This document shows positions 18,504-28,158 of a stretch of DNA of 64,000 bases, one piece after another (the stretch's first letter is position 1; the number at the start of each line of letters is the position of its first letter). A model generated the notes under the pieces. That model ran no database searches. It worked only from the letters and a program-made list of their open reading frames with translations, and had not been told where the DNA came from. The stretch is from Oligoflexales bacterium (GTDB lineage Bacteria > Bdellovibrionota_B > Oligoflexia > Oligoflexales > CAIYRB01). The stretch spans positions 1-64,000 of the forward strand of contig JBGSUI010000148.1 of the NCBI GenBank assembly GCA_041736175.1, written 5' to 3'. Made by a program: the position numbers and the translations under genes.

Positions 18504-20960
18504 CTATCCCATGGTGATCTTCACCCGCATCGTGCTGCCGGGAGTGCCCAGGGGCAGGGGTTTATCGGTTGCATGGACCTTGCCATCGACCCGTATGGTG
18601 GCAATCCCCCGGCAGACACCCTTGGGGTTATCGACGACGATATCGTAGTGAACGCCCCGAAAATGCCGCTGCACAGTAAAAGACGGCCAGTCCCGAGGAA
18701 TACAGGGATTGATCCTGAGTCCGTCAAAGTCCGGCTGGATACCGAGAATCCCTTGGGAAAGGCTTACCAGGGTCCATGCAGCAGTGCCGGTCAACCAGGA
18801 GTTTTTAGCCTCTCCGGGGGTAGGAGCATCCCGCCCTGCGATCATCTGGGCATAGACATAGGGCTCGGCACGGTAGGTTTCGATTTGCTCAGCCTTAGCC
18901 GAGGGGCAGATACTGAGATAGTATTCAAAAGCCCGGTCGCCGTCCCCAAAGAGACACCAAGCGAGATGAATCCACGTGTTGTTATGGCAGAAAATCCCCG
19001 CGTTTTCCTTGTATCCCGGGGGATAACTGGAGACTTCACCAAGCTCCAGATGATACTGGCTATAGGCCGGCTGCTGGAGGATGATGCCGTTTTTGGTAAA
19101 CAGCCGTTCGTGGACGCTTTCCAGAGCTTTCTTGGCCTTGCCGTCGCTAAGTCCCGCACCTCCTAAAATACACCAAGCTTGGGATTCAATAAAAATTTTG
19201 CCTTCAGGGTTTTGTTTAGAGCCCACGGGTTGGCTCTTGGCGTCAAAAGCCCGGATAAACCACTCGCCGTCCCAGGCGCTGGTCTCCACCACTTCCTTCA
19301 TATCCTGGTAGGCCAACTCCATACGCCGGGCGTCCTCTGTCCGACCTAACCAAAGGTAGAGGTTTTTCATATCGCGGCTTGCATAGAGGAAGAGACCTGC
19401 AATCATCACCGATTCCGCCACCGACCCCTTGACGTCGCCGGCGGTTTGAAAGGATTCATTAGGCTCTGTGCTAAAGCAGTTTAGATTTAGACAGTCGTTC
19501 CAATCCGCATGGCCAATCAGCGGCAGGCGGTGGGGTCCACGGTTTTTAAGGGTGTATTCTATGCTCGTTTCAAGGTGGTGGAGCAGATTGTCGGTGGATC
19601 CTGGTCGGTCCGCATAGCCGACGGGCGCCTGCAAGATTCCCTTGTCCCCCGTCTCTTTGATATAGGCCACCGTGCTAAGGATCAGCCAAAGATGGTCGTC
19701 ATAAAAGTCGCCACCGATCTCGGCGTTGCCTTTTTTGGTCAAAGGCTGGTACTGGTGGTAGCAGGTGCCGTCGCTAAGTTGGGTCGCAGCAATATCGAGG
19801 ATCCGCTGCCTAGCCCGCTCGGGGATCATGTGAACAAACCCGAGGATATCTTGATTGCTGTCCCGGTAGCCCATGCCCCGGCCGATTCCTGTTTCATAGC
19901 CACTTGCTGAGCGGGAGAGGTTAAAAGTGACCATGCATTGGTACTGGTTCCAGGTGTTCATCATGCGGTTGGCATGGTGGTCGGGACTTTTGATTTGAAA
20001 CCGCCCCAATGTGGTTTCCCAGTTGGATTTTAGCAGGGTAAAACTTTTTTCTACCGCCTCGGTGGTGGCAAACTTGGAGAGGAGATCGTGTGCCTTGGTT
20101 TTGTTGAGTCGATGGTGTTGGTCGAATTTTGGCAAATCACCCTGATCCACATAGGCGAGGAGGAAGGCAAAGGAGGTTTCCTCCCCAGGCTTGAGGTTGA
20201 GGTTGATCTGGTGGGAGCCGATAGGATTCCAGCCGTGGGCGATGCTGTTTTTACATTGGCCCTTGAGGACGCTGTCAGGTTCGTGAAGTCCGTTGTGGAC
20301 GCCCACAAAGCTGTCGCGGCTGGTATCAAAGCCGTTGATAGGCCGATTGGTCGCAAAAACAGTGTAATGGCTGCGCCGCTCGCGGTATTCCGTCTTGTGG
20401 TAGATGGCGGAGCCCTCGACCTCAACCTCGCCGATGCTGTAGGTGCGCTGGTAGTTGGTCATATCGTTGAGAGCTTCGAAGAGGCAAAACTCAACAAAAG
20501 AAAAAACGGTTAGTGCTTTTTCCCGCGACGAGTTGTTTTGGATTTTCACCTGCCAGACTTCGGTGGTCTCTCCCGGCGGGATAAACATCAGCATTTCGAC
20601 GGAGACGTCCTTTTTTTTGCTGGTGATCTTGGTATAACCGAGACCATGGCGGCATTCGTAAGAGTCGAGGGGAGTCTTGATGGGTTTCCAGCCAGGATTC
20701 CAGACGTCGTCGCCGTCTTTGATATATAGATACCGCCCCCCGAGGTCCATAGGGACGTTGTTATAGCGGTAGCGGGTCAAGCGACGGAGTTTAGCGTCTT
20801 TCCAAAAAGTGTAGCCACCGGCCGTGTTGGTGCAAAGTCCAAAAAACTCCTCGGAGCCGAGATAGTTGAGCCAGGGCAGGGGAGTGTCAGGACGGGTGAT
20901 GACATACTCGCGGGATTTGTCGTCAAAGAAACCATAGGGGGTGGCTGATGGGGATGTCAT
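18504..20960 (-). CDS. GH94 cellobiose phosphorylase-like enzyme
   Basis: YGFFDDKSREYVITRPDTPLPWLNYLG, RLTRYRYNNVP, GIGRGMGYRDSNQD, ADWNDCLNL, KENAGIFCHNN, SWLTGTAAW. Confidence 0.92.
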   Translation of the reverse strand: MTSPSATPYGFFDDKSREYVITRPDTPLPWLNYLGSEEFFGLCTNTAGGYTFWKDAKLRRLTRYRYNNVPMDLGGRYLYIKDGDDVWNPGWKPIKTPLDSYECRHGLGYTKITSKKKDVSVEMLMFIPPGETTEVWQVKIQNNSSREKALTVFSFVEFCLFEALNDMTNYQRTYSIGEVEVEGSAIYHKTEYRERRSHYTVFATNRPINGFDTSRDSFVGVHNGLHEPDSVLKGQCKNSIAHGWNPIGSHQINLNLKPGEETSFAFLLAYVDQGDLPKFDQHHRLNKTKAHDLLSKFATTEAVEKSFTLLKSNWETTLGRFQIKSPDHHANRMMNTWNQYQCMVTFNLSRSASGYETGIGRGMGYRDSNQDILGFVHMIPERARQRILDIAATQLSDGTCYHQYQPLTKKGNAEIGGDFYDDHLWLILSTVAYIKETGDKGILQAPVGYADRPGSTDNLLHHLETSIEYTLKNRGPHRLPLIGHADWNDCLNLNCFSTEPNESFQTAGDVKGSVAESVMIAGLFLYASRDMKNLYLWLGRTEDARRMELAYQDMKEVVETSAWDGEWFIRAFDAKSQPVGSKQNPEGKIFIESQAWCILGGAGLSDGKAKKALESVHERLFTKNGIILQQPAYSQYHLELGEVSSYPPGYKENAGIFCHNNTWIHLAWCLFGDGDRAFEYYLSICPSAKAEQIETYRAEPYVYAQMIAGRDAPTPGEAKNSWLTGTAAWTLVSLSQGILGIQPDFDGLRINPCIPRDWPSFTVQRHFRGVHYDIVVDNPKGVCRGIATIRVDGKVHATDKPLPLGTPGSTMRVKITMG

Positions 20961-20998
20961 GGCTTATGTTCCTCTCTTGGAGTTTATAGATATTTTGT

Positions 20999-23425
20999 TT
21001 AGAGACCAAGGGTAGCTTCCACTCGGTAGTGCCCTGCTGGCATCACCGGGATTTTTGCCCCCTCAATCCTTTGACCGTCGATCCAAAGACTGGAAATGCC
21101 TTTTGATTGTCCGTGGGGGTTTAGAATACGGATGGTGTAGCGGGCACCCCGATACCGCCGTTCGACGGTGACTTCTTGCCAGTGTTTAGGAAGGCATGGA
21201 TCGACCGTGAGGCCGTCCAGCTCGGGGCGGATTCCCAAAATATATTGGGTCGCAGCCACATAGGTCCAGGAGGCGGTCCCCGAAAGCCAGGCATTGCGTC
21301 CCAAACCAAACTGAGGATGCTCGTCCCCTAGGATGTTTTGGGGGTAACAATAGGGCTCAGATTCGAAGATGTCGATGATCTGGTTTTTTTCGGCAGGATT
21401 GATTTGATTGTAATACTCAAAGGCCCGGTCCCCATGGCCGGCCATGGTTTCGGCGATGATCACCCACGGGTTAGCATGGAGAAAAATACCACCGTTTTCT
21501 TTAGCTCCCGGCGGATAGGTGGTGACTCCACCGATCTCTGGGTCAAATCCCTGGTAGCCAGGGCTCGAGAGTTTAATCCCATACTTGGTGTTAAGATGTT
21601 TATAAACCGATTCGAGAGCTTGGTCCCGGCGATCGGGGCTGGCAAAACCCGAGAGGATTGGCCATGACTGGCCGTTGGCCCAGATTTTTCCCGTCTTGTT
21701 GGCGCAGCTGCCGATCTTGGCACCGTTATGATCAAAATACCGCAGATACCAGGACCCGTCCCATGCCTGGTCGTTGACGATTTTTTTCATGGCTTCATAG
21801 TATCCAAGAATTTTCTCTTTAAAGGCCCCTTGGCCATAGGCTTCGCAAAGGGGAATCATCTCTAAGATGGCCTTGCCGAATTGGTTGGCCACCATCAAGG
21901 ACTCGGCCCCCTTTGGTAGGTTGACCGTATCATTCCAGTCGGCAAATCCAAGGAGTGGCAAACCATGGCGGCCCCGGTCAGACCAGGTAAATTCGATGGC
22001 CCGCACCAAATGCTCCCAAATGCTGCCTGTCTCGACGGGGCGTCCCTGCGGGTCTTTGTCGTAAAAGGGCACCTGTCGATTAAGGACATCGACGTCCCCA
22101 GTCTCTTTGATGTAAGCCGCCATGGTGTAAACAATCCATAGATGGTCGTCCCCGTAGTAGTTAGGCCGATCGAGATCCTCGAGGGAGTCTCCTTGGCTGG
22201 CTTCCATCGTGAGAGGATTAAACTGGTGCATCGCCGATCCGTTGCGCTTTTGCATGGACAGCAGCTTTACGGCAAGCTCCAGGGCCTCTTCGGGCATATG
22301 GCTCATCACTCCTAAGAGGTCTTGGGAGGAGTCACGAAAGCCGATGCCGCGGGCTCCATAGCCGAGTTGGTAGAGGGAAAGGTAACGGGACCAGTTTTTG
22401 GTCGTGTGGCATTGCCGCGGGTTATGGATATTGACCATGGTGTTAAACGACGCGCTTGGCGTGGTGACTTTAAGCAGACCCAGATAATCCTGCCAAAAGG
22501 CTCCTAGCTCCAAGAAAGCTTGGTCGACCTCTGGGGCTTTTCGGTATTTATCAATCGATGGCTGAGCGTCGGCGATGGACGGGGCCTGGCCCAGCTGCAC
22601 CACCACCCGCTTTGTGTCTCCTGGAGCGATTTTTCCGAGGTGCAGCATCAAGGCGCCGATATTGTCGCCCCGTAGGGGCTGACTACCCGTGAGTTCCCCC
22701 TGGTGGAGGGTGGCGGGGTTTTGCCACGAGCCGTATTCGTTGTGTCCGAGAAAACACCGGCGATCGCCGTCAAAGGAGCTGACCGGATGATTGGCCGTAA
22801 CATAGTTGACAGCAGTGTCTCGTTTCATAAAAGCATATTGTTCCAAGACACAAGAGGTGCCTTGGCGGTGGGCCCTCACGGTCATAGTCTGGGGAACCCA
22901 GTCGGCATTGGTCAGCTGTTTAAGGGCATCAAAATGGCTAAACTCCACCACGGGAATCAAGTCGATTTCCGCTGCGGGTCCGGTGTTTTGGATTTTGATA
23001 TCTTGCAGGTAAACCTGATCGTGGCGTGGCACAAAGACTGTGATCTCCACCTTGAGTCCTCGGTATTCGCTGATAAACCGGGAGTAGGAAAGGCCCACGT
23101 GGCATTCAAAGCGGTCGAGCTTTTTAAGGGTTGGTGTCAAAAGGGGCGAAAAAACATCCCAGGTGCCATCAGCCTTTTTAATCCGGACGTAGAGGGTGGT
23201 CCCTCTGAAATCCGCAGCGGGGAGTTGGGTAAGGTATTTGGTGATCCGGTTAAGGGCGGGGTCACCTTTGCAGAGGAGGGCACCTCCTGTGTGATCGACA
23301 ATACCCCCAAAAGCGAGGGTGCCCACATAATTACACCATTTGATGGGTGTATAGGGCGTGGTGATACGGTATTCGCAGTGCTCGTCGCTAAAGTAACCAT
23401 ACTGTCCGGAGGACCCTGGGGACAT
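20999..23425 (-). CDS. GH94 glycoside phosphorylase, specificity uncertain
   Basis: YGYFSD..EYRIT.P.TP..W.NY.G, GFRDSSQD, DWNDTVNL, KENGGIFLHANPW, WLSGTASW. Confidence 0.9.
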   Translation of the reverse strand: MSPGSSGQYGYFSDEHCEYRITTPYTPIKWCNYVGTLAFGGIVDHTGGALLCKGDPALNRITKYLTQLPAADFRGTTLYVRIKKADGTWDVFSPLLTPTLKKLDRFECHVGLSYSRFISEYRGLKVEITVFVPRHDQVYLQDIKIQNTGPAAEIDLIPVVEFSHFDALKQLTNADWVPQTMTVRAHRQGTSCVLEQYAFMKRDTAVNYVTANHPVSSFDGDRRCFLGHNEYGSWQNPATLHQGELTGSQPLRGDNIGALMLHLGKIAPGDTKRVVVQLGQAPSIADAQPSIDKYRKAPEVDQAFLELGAFWQDYLGLLKVTTPSASFNTMVNIHNPRQCHTTKNWSRYLSLYQLGYGARGIGFRDSSQDLLGVMSHMPEEALELAVKLLSMQKRNGSAMHQFNPLTMEASQGDSLEDLDRPNYYGDDHLWIVYTMAAYIKETGDVDVLNRQVPFYDKDPQGRPVETGSIWEHLVRAIEFTWSDRGRHGLPLLGFADWNDTVNLPKGAESLMVANQFGKAILEMIPLCEAYGQGAFKEKILGYYEAMKKIVNDQAWDGSWYLRYFDHNGAKIGSCANKTGKIWANGQSWPILSGFASPDRRDQALESVYKHLNTKYGIKLSSPGYQGFDPEIGGVTTYPPGAKENGGIFLHANPWVIIAETMAGHGDRAFEYYNQINPAEKNQIIDIFESEPYCYPQNILGDEHPQFGLGRNAWLSGTASWTYVAATQYILGIRPELDGLTVDPCLPKHWQEVTVERRYRGARYTIRILNPHGQSKGISSLWIDGQRIEGAKIPVMPAGHYRVEATLGL

Positions 23426-23673
23426 AGCAAACCCTTTCCCTTGACCGTGATGTGGTAAATAGGTCCCACCTATCTATCAATTGCGAGGGTCACGGTCAAT
23501 CAGGAGAAGGATCCCAAGCACTTTGTCCTCTCCAAGGTGAATATTCGTCAGCACGGTCGCGATGTTCGTTGACCCAGAGGCAGTGACCGTAGCACCGTCT
23601 ATCGAGGTCAGGCGTTCACGCTGCGGTGTAACATGACCAGAAATATCATTGAATTCACTGTCAAATGTGGCTA

Positions 23674-23721
23674 TGATAGCTATATTGGCGCTTATCATGA
23701 TAAGCGTTACTGTAGCTATCA
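23674..23721. repeat. 48-bp imperfect inverted repeat with perfect 18-bp palindromic core
   Basis: TGATAGCTA-TATTGG-CGCTTATCATGATAAGCG-TTACTG-TAGCTATCA. Confidence 0.9.
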
Positions 23722-23742
23722 ATGATAACCTTTTGGAATTTT

Positions 23743-24918
23743 ATGCATTATATTCAGCGTATTATACCTGTAGAGGAGCTGCTCCAGTCCAAAACGGTGC
23801 TCCTATTTGGACCGCGCCAAACAGGTAAGTCTAGTTTTGTTCGAAATCAATTATCCGATGTGATTTCGCTTTCCTATAACCTCTTGGATCAGGGATTTCT
23901 CCTTCGGCTATTAGCTGATCCTACACTCATACGCAAGGAAATAGAGCTTAAGAACCTTCGCGACGTCACAGTTTTCATTGACGAAATTCAGAAGTGTCCC
24001 GCGCTTATGGATGAAATCCATCTGATGATTGAAGAACGAGGCATTCGCTTTTTACTCACGGGATCAAGCGCTCGGAAACTCAAGAAATCAGGGGCCAATC
24101 TACTGGGTGGTCGTGGACGCGATCGCGTGTTTCATCCACTGGTTTATCCCGAACTCATGGCCGTACCGTTTGACCTTGAAAGGGCACTCAATCATGGACT
24201 GATTCCTGCACATTATTTGGCCGATGATCCAGACGAAGATCTGGCATCATACGTCGGGCGATATTTAACTGAGGAAATTGCTGGTGAAGGTGTATCAAGA
24301 AACCTCCCAGCTTTTAGTAGGTTTCTACAAATTGCTTCAACCGTAAACGGTCAAATGATCAACTATACTGCGGTGGCAAGCGATACTCAGATATCACGAG
24401 CCACAGTGCAAAACTGGTTTCAGGTTCTCTATGATACTTTGCTGGCCTGGGAAGTGCCGCCTTTTACAAAGACGGTAAAGCGCAAGGCAATTGAGACAGC
24501 GAAGTTCTATTTTTTCGATACAGGGGTCGTTCGTGCACTGCGGCGCTTACCGCGAATAGTGCCTCAGCAGACGGAGTGGGGTGAATTCTTTGAGCAGTTT
24601 ATGATGATGGAAATGAAGACGTGGATTGACTATTTTGAGCCACTTGGGAGTCTGCATTACTGGCGTTCTACATCCCAATTCGAAGTTGATTTCATTCTTA
24701 ACGGGACCAACGCAATCGAAGTAAAGTCGACTGATAGAATTTCGCCTAAGCACCTGAAGGGACTAAAAGCCTTGCAGGAAGAGAAAATCTGTTTAAGGTA
24801 CATGATAGTCTGTGCCGAAGACCGGCCTAGACTGGAAGAAGGTATTGAAGTGCTGCCTTGGCAGGTATTTTTAACGCAGCTTTGGCAAGGTCGATTTTCA
24901 GCGAAAGCTCGCAAGTAG
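23743..24918 (+). CDS. AAA_14 ATPase with DUF4143 and C-terminal PD-(D/E)xK-like domain
   Basis: GPRQTGKS, VFIDEIQK, LTGSS, KFYFFDTG, YWR..SQFEVDFIL..AIEVKS. Confidence 0.88.
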   Translation: MHYIQRIIPVEELLQSKTVLLFGPRQTGKSSFVRNQLSDVISLSYNLLDQGFLLRLLADPTLIRKEIELKNLRDVTVFIDEIQKCPALMDEIHLMIEERGIRFLLTGSSARKLKKSGANLLGGRGRDRVFHPLVYPELMAVPFDLERALNHGLIPAHYLADDPDEDLASYVGRYLTEEIAGEGVSRNLPAFSRFLQIASTVNGQMINYTAVASDTQISRATVQNWFQVLYDTLLAWEVPPFTKTVKRKAIETAKFYFFDTGVVRALRRLPRIVPQQTEWGEFFEQFMMMEMKTWIDYFEPLGSLHYWRSTSQFEVDFILNGTNAIEVKSTDRISPKHLKGLKALQEEKICLRYMIVCAEDRPRLEEGIEVLPWQVFLTQLWQGRFSAKARK

Positions 24919-25034
24919 CAAAAATCGGCTCTGTTGCAACTTTTAGGCCCGAGATAAATTTAGGGCCAATTAAACCCCTGCGCCTACTCATCTATGTGAA
25001 TGTTAATATAAAACTTTAGTTCATAAAAAAAGAT

Positions 25035-25061
25035 TAAGTTTTACTTAAAATATGCCGATAA
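25035..25061 (+). promoter_or_regulatory. Putative sigma28 (FliA) promoter
   Basis: TAAG-N15-GCCGATAA, 52 bp upstream of ATG 25113. Confidence 0.7.
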
Positions 25062-25112
25062 ACTTCCCCGAAGTGAGCATAATAAATAGTTGATCCATTT
25101 GGAGTTTAACCA

Positions 25113-26528
25113 ATGAGTATCTTTACGACTGCTAGGACTTTAGTGATCTGCGTGAGTATAGGAAGCGTGACTCTTGTAGCCTGCAAAATCAAGACTTATG
25201 ATTCGGAGGTAAAAATCGTAGGCGGGCAAAAAGCTGAGAACGAAAAGTTTGCACATGTTGTGATGCTCTTTCCAGATTTAGACCCTAAAAGCAAAGAAAT
25301 CTGTTCGGGACTGATCATAGGTCCTCGCACGATCGTCTCAGCTTCTCATTGTATTAAAAAGGCCAGTGGAACTAATGCTAATGCCTATAACAATCCTCTT
25401 GTGCGCATTCCATCGGTTACCGGCGACCGTTATGTCAATTCAAAGCATGTTTATACTTTTACAAAAAACTTGGCAGCGACCAGTATCAACGAACATGAAG
25501 TTGGTTTAGATTTCAGTATTTTGGATTTTGCAGTAGACCAAACGACAGGGAAAGGTCCCTTTAGCAATTTTGCGCCATTCCCAAAAATTGGTGTTGCAAA
25601 ACCAGGAGATAGCGTCATTCTAGTTGGATTTGGGGCGACTGATCATACAAATGTAAGCCTAGGTGAAAAATATTATGGTACCAACCAAGTCGTGACGGTA
25701 CAAAACAAAATTGGATCTATTGTAGTGTCTGGACTTCAAAACAACCAAAATCCTGCACCATCGACCAGCAGCGCTCTTATTAGTCGCGGGGACTCTGGAG
25801 GTCCCATGTTAAGCCAAGACGGGACTAAGGTTTTTGGCATTATCTCATCCTATGAGATTCAGCAAAATGGAGGCAAAGTTGACAATTACTTTGCTCAAAT
25901 GAGTCATCCCCGAGTGATTGCCCTCTTTGAATACTATCGAGGAATGCTCAACGCCCAAAGCTATCAACCCGTTCCCGAGGAAGCTTTGTTTGAGATCACC
26001 AATACCCGAACTCTAGACTCTCTGAAAACGACAGAAGATCTTTCTCGCCCTAACCTCCTCTGGACGGATACTGCCCAAAAGCCTCGCACACTTGTAGCAA
26101 GCTGTGGAATTCTGAGTTTTCTATTTTCGACTCAAACCACAAATGATGCCCTGAGCAGCACTGCTGGACAAGGCTCGGTGTTAACCTTTAACTTTCCTTT
26201 TGGCGGAGGCTCAAATGTGATTGTTCCCCCAAGTCCAACGGTAGGTACCACTACTCCCACAGCTCCTGTCACACCTAGCGTGGATCCTATACCTTCATCA
26301 CAACCAACGCCTACTCCAACGCTACCAACAGTGGGAACTGATCCCGCATTAGCCACTCCAGACCCGCTGCCGTCACCAGGAACCAATCCTCCGGTTAACC
26401 CTGCCCCGGTGAACCCAGCGGGTAGCGCAAGTCCCGTCGTCGGCGCCGATCCCTCAGGGACCCAGGTCGGAGTCAACCAGTTTACCAGCTCGCCGTCTGT
26501 TTTCGTTTCAGTTCCGACGACACCCTAG
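25113..26528 (+). CDS. S1 trypsin-like serine protease, lipoprotein with Pro/Thr-rich tail
   Basis: Lipobox LVAC, KIVGG activation site, SASHC, DFSIL, GDSGGP triad motifs; low-complexity C-terminus. Confidence 0.9.
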   Translation: MSIFTTARTLVICVSIGSVTLVACKIKTYDSEVKIVGGQKAENEKFAHVVMLFPDLDPKSKEICSGLIIGPRTIVSASHCIKKASGTNANAYNNPLVRIPSVTGDRYVNSKHVYTFTKNLAATSINEHEVGLDFSILDFAVDQTTGKGPFSNFAPFPKIGVAKPGDSVILVGFGATDHTNVSLGEKYYGTNQVVTVQNKIGSIVVSGLQNNQNPAPSTSSALISRGDSGGPMLSQDGTKVFGIISSYEIQQNGGKVDNYFAQMSHPRVIALFEYYRGMLNAQSYQPVPEEALFEITNTRTLDSLKTTEDLSRPNLLWTDTAQKPRTLVASCGILSFLFSTQTTNDALSSTAGQGSVLTFNFPFGGGSNVIVPPSPTVGTTTPTAPVTPSVDPIPSSQPTPTPTLPTVGTDPALATPDPLPSPGTNPPVNPAPVNPAGSASPVVGADPSGTQVGVNQFTSSPSVFVSVPTTP

Positions 26529-26575
26529 TTGGTGTGTGCTTTCCCCCGTGGGACCTACCGCTAAAAGCGGTAGTC

Positions 26576-27622
26576 TTATCGAGGCAAGTCAAAGCTTTGA
26601 ATCCAGTTGAGGACAAACTCGTCCATCCAGCGCCGGTCCCCATGGACGGTTTTGTGGCGCCCGATATAGCCGAGATGGCCGCCGTGGGACTCGATCCTAA
26701 GGGATGTCTCGGGCGAAAGAGTGATGTTTTCGAAGGTGGAAGGCGGGATGATGGGGTCGTCTAGGGCCCCTAGGATTTCGGTCGGAAGCCGGATTTTATG
26801 GAGACTGTGTTTTGCGGACGAAAGGTGGTAGTAATCCTCTCGGGATTTAAACCCGGCCCGGGGTGCTGTAAATAGCTCGTCAAAAATCCGCAGATTTAAC
26901 GTAGTGGGCCAAACAAGAGTAGGTTCATCGGGAAAAATCTGACACCTTGCCTGCACCGTCTGGAGCATCAGTCGGGTAAAAAACCGGTCGATATAAAAAT
27001 TATCTTTGCGACAGAGTGCCTGGGAGCAAGCTTCCAGGTCGATAGGGGGGTTAACCGCGAGCGCCCCGAGGAGATTGCTATGGGTTACTTGCTCAAAACG
27101 TTCTCCTAAAAACCTGAGCAGCATATTGGCAGAGAGGGAAAATCCCGCCACAAGGAGTTTTTTGTGGGGAAAATGCCCCTTTAAAAACTGCACAGTCCCA
27201 TCGATATCCTCGATGCGTCCGGCATGGTAGATCCCCTTTGCGAGAGCGCGGCCCTCGGGTGCACAGCCACGGTGGTTAAAGCGGATGACCGTGAATCCCT
27301 GGCGGTTGAGTTTGGCCGTGAGCCGCAAGATATAGGAAGACTCTGAGCTACCAGCCAGACCATGGAGCAAGAGCACCAGAGGTTTGTCTAGGGGGCCGGT
27401 TGGGCGGTCACGAGCGGGTCGATTGACCCGCAGGACGAGCTGGTCGCCGTCAAAAAGGGGTACCTTCAGAATCTCGTGGGGAAAATCACCTGGATGGGGA
27501 GCTCCTAGGGTTCCTAAGATGGTTTGCATATGGGCTCCACCAAACCCTCGCAGAGGTACAAAGGGCCTCGTATGACCTCGACCTCTCTTTGGAAAGCGAT
27601 GGTGATCACCCATGATCGACAC
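26576..27622 (-). CDS. YheT-family alpha/beta hydrolase
   Basis: HMQTI, HGLAGSSESSY, RFNHRGC, YHAG..ED, GFSLSAN, DDP, GGHLGY. Confidence 0.88.
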   Translation of the reverse strand: MSIMGDHHRFPKRGRGHTRPFVPLRGFGGAHMQTILGTLGAPHPGDFPHEILKVPLFDGDQLVLRVNRPARDRPTGPLDKPLVLLLHGLAGSSESSYILRLTAKLNRQGFTVIRFNHRGCAPEGRALAKGIYHAGRIEDIDGTVQFLKGHFPHKKLLVAGFSLSANMLLRFLGERFEQVTHSNLLGALAVNPPIDLEACSQALCRKDNFYIDRFFTRLMLQTVQARCQIFPDEPTLVWPTTLNLRIFDELFTAPRAGFKSREDYYHLSSAKHSLHKIRLPTEILGALDDPIIPPSTFENITLSPETSLRIESHGGHLGYIGRHKTVHGDRRWMDEFVLNWIQSFDLPR

Positions 27623-27693
27623 TCCCTGAGACTCCCAAGTCGACTCCTTGAGATGACTGATTGTATCTGTCTGTTCTCAGGAATCAACTAGCT

Positions 27694-28011
27694 TTAGGGA
27701 GTCAGACAGGCTTCCTGCTCTGCGAGGTAGGAATCGTGGGCCTTTTGGGTCGCCAGCTTAAAACGACGGCTGGCAATTAAGGCACAACGGTCTGCAAAAC
27801 CACTGGGTCCTGGTCCATCGCAGGCATTGAGATTCGTTAAATAGGCGGATTCAACGCTGTCGAGTTGGGCCTCGTGACGCTGTGCCGCAGCTTTGAGGCA
27901 GGAGTCTTGTGTCGCGTTGATCGGATCGTCGTTAAGGGGAGCTGCAAGGCTGCCTGAGGTGGCGGCGAGGTTTATCCAAACTAAAGGGGCTAAAAATTTG
28001 ATTTTTTTCAT
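27694..28011 (-). CDS. Small secreted Cys-containing helical protein
   Basis: MKKIKFL signal peptide, four Cys, GGAG RBS upstream. Confidence 0.65.
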   Translation of the reverse strand: MKKIKFLAPLVWINLAATSGSLAAPLNDDPINATQDSCLKAAAQRHEAQLDSVESAYLTNLNACDGPGPSGFADRCALIASRRFKLATQKAHDSYLAEQEACLTP

Positions 28012-28158
28012 AAAAACTCCGATCCCTGCGAAATAAATTGGTTATTTGTTTATGCTTTCCGTTCCAAAACCAGGATTCTATCCCTAAATCATGGAAAAAG
28101 CAAATGTTCATTAAATGAATTTAGTTTATTTGTCTGATTCCCATCGTTTTAACGCGAC

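Noticed and set aside
23426..23441. GG-N10-GC match on the minus strand before the GH94 start
   Set aside because: Coincides with the SD and abuts the ATG, leaving no room for a transcription start
23477..23722. 81-aa minus-strand ORF
   Set aside because: Hydrophobic N-terminus derives from the palindrome; no RBS or recognisable domain
26200..26528. Repeat-like Pro/Thr/Asn-rich stretch
   Set aside because: Ordinary low-complexity protein tail, no regular DNA repeat unit
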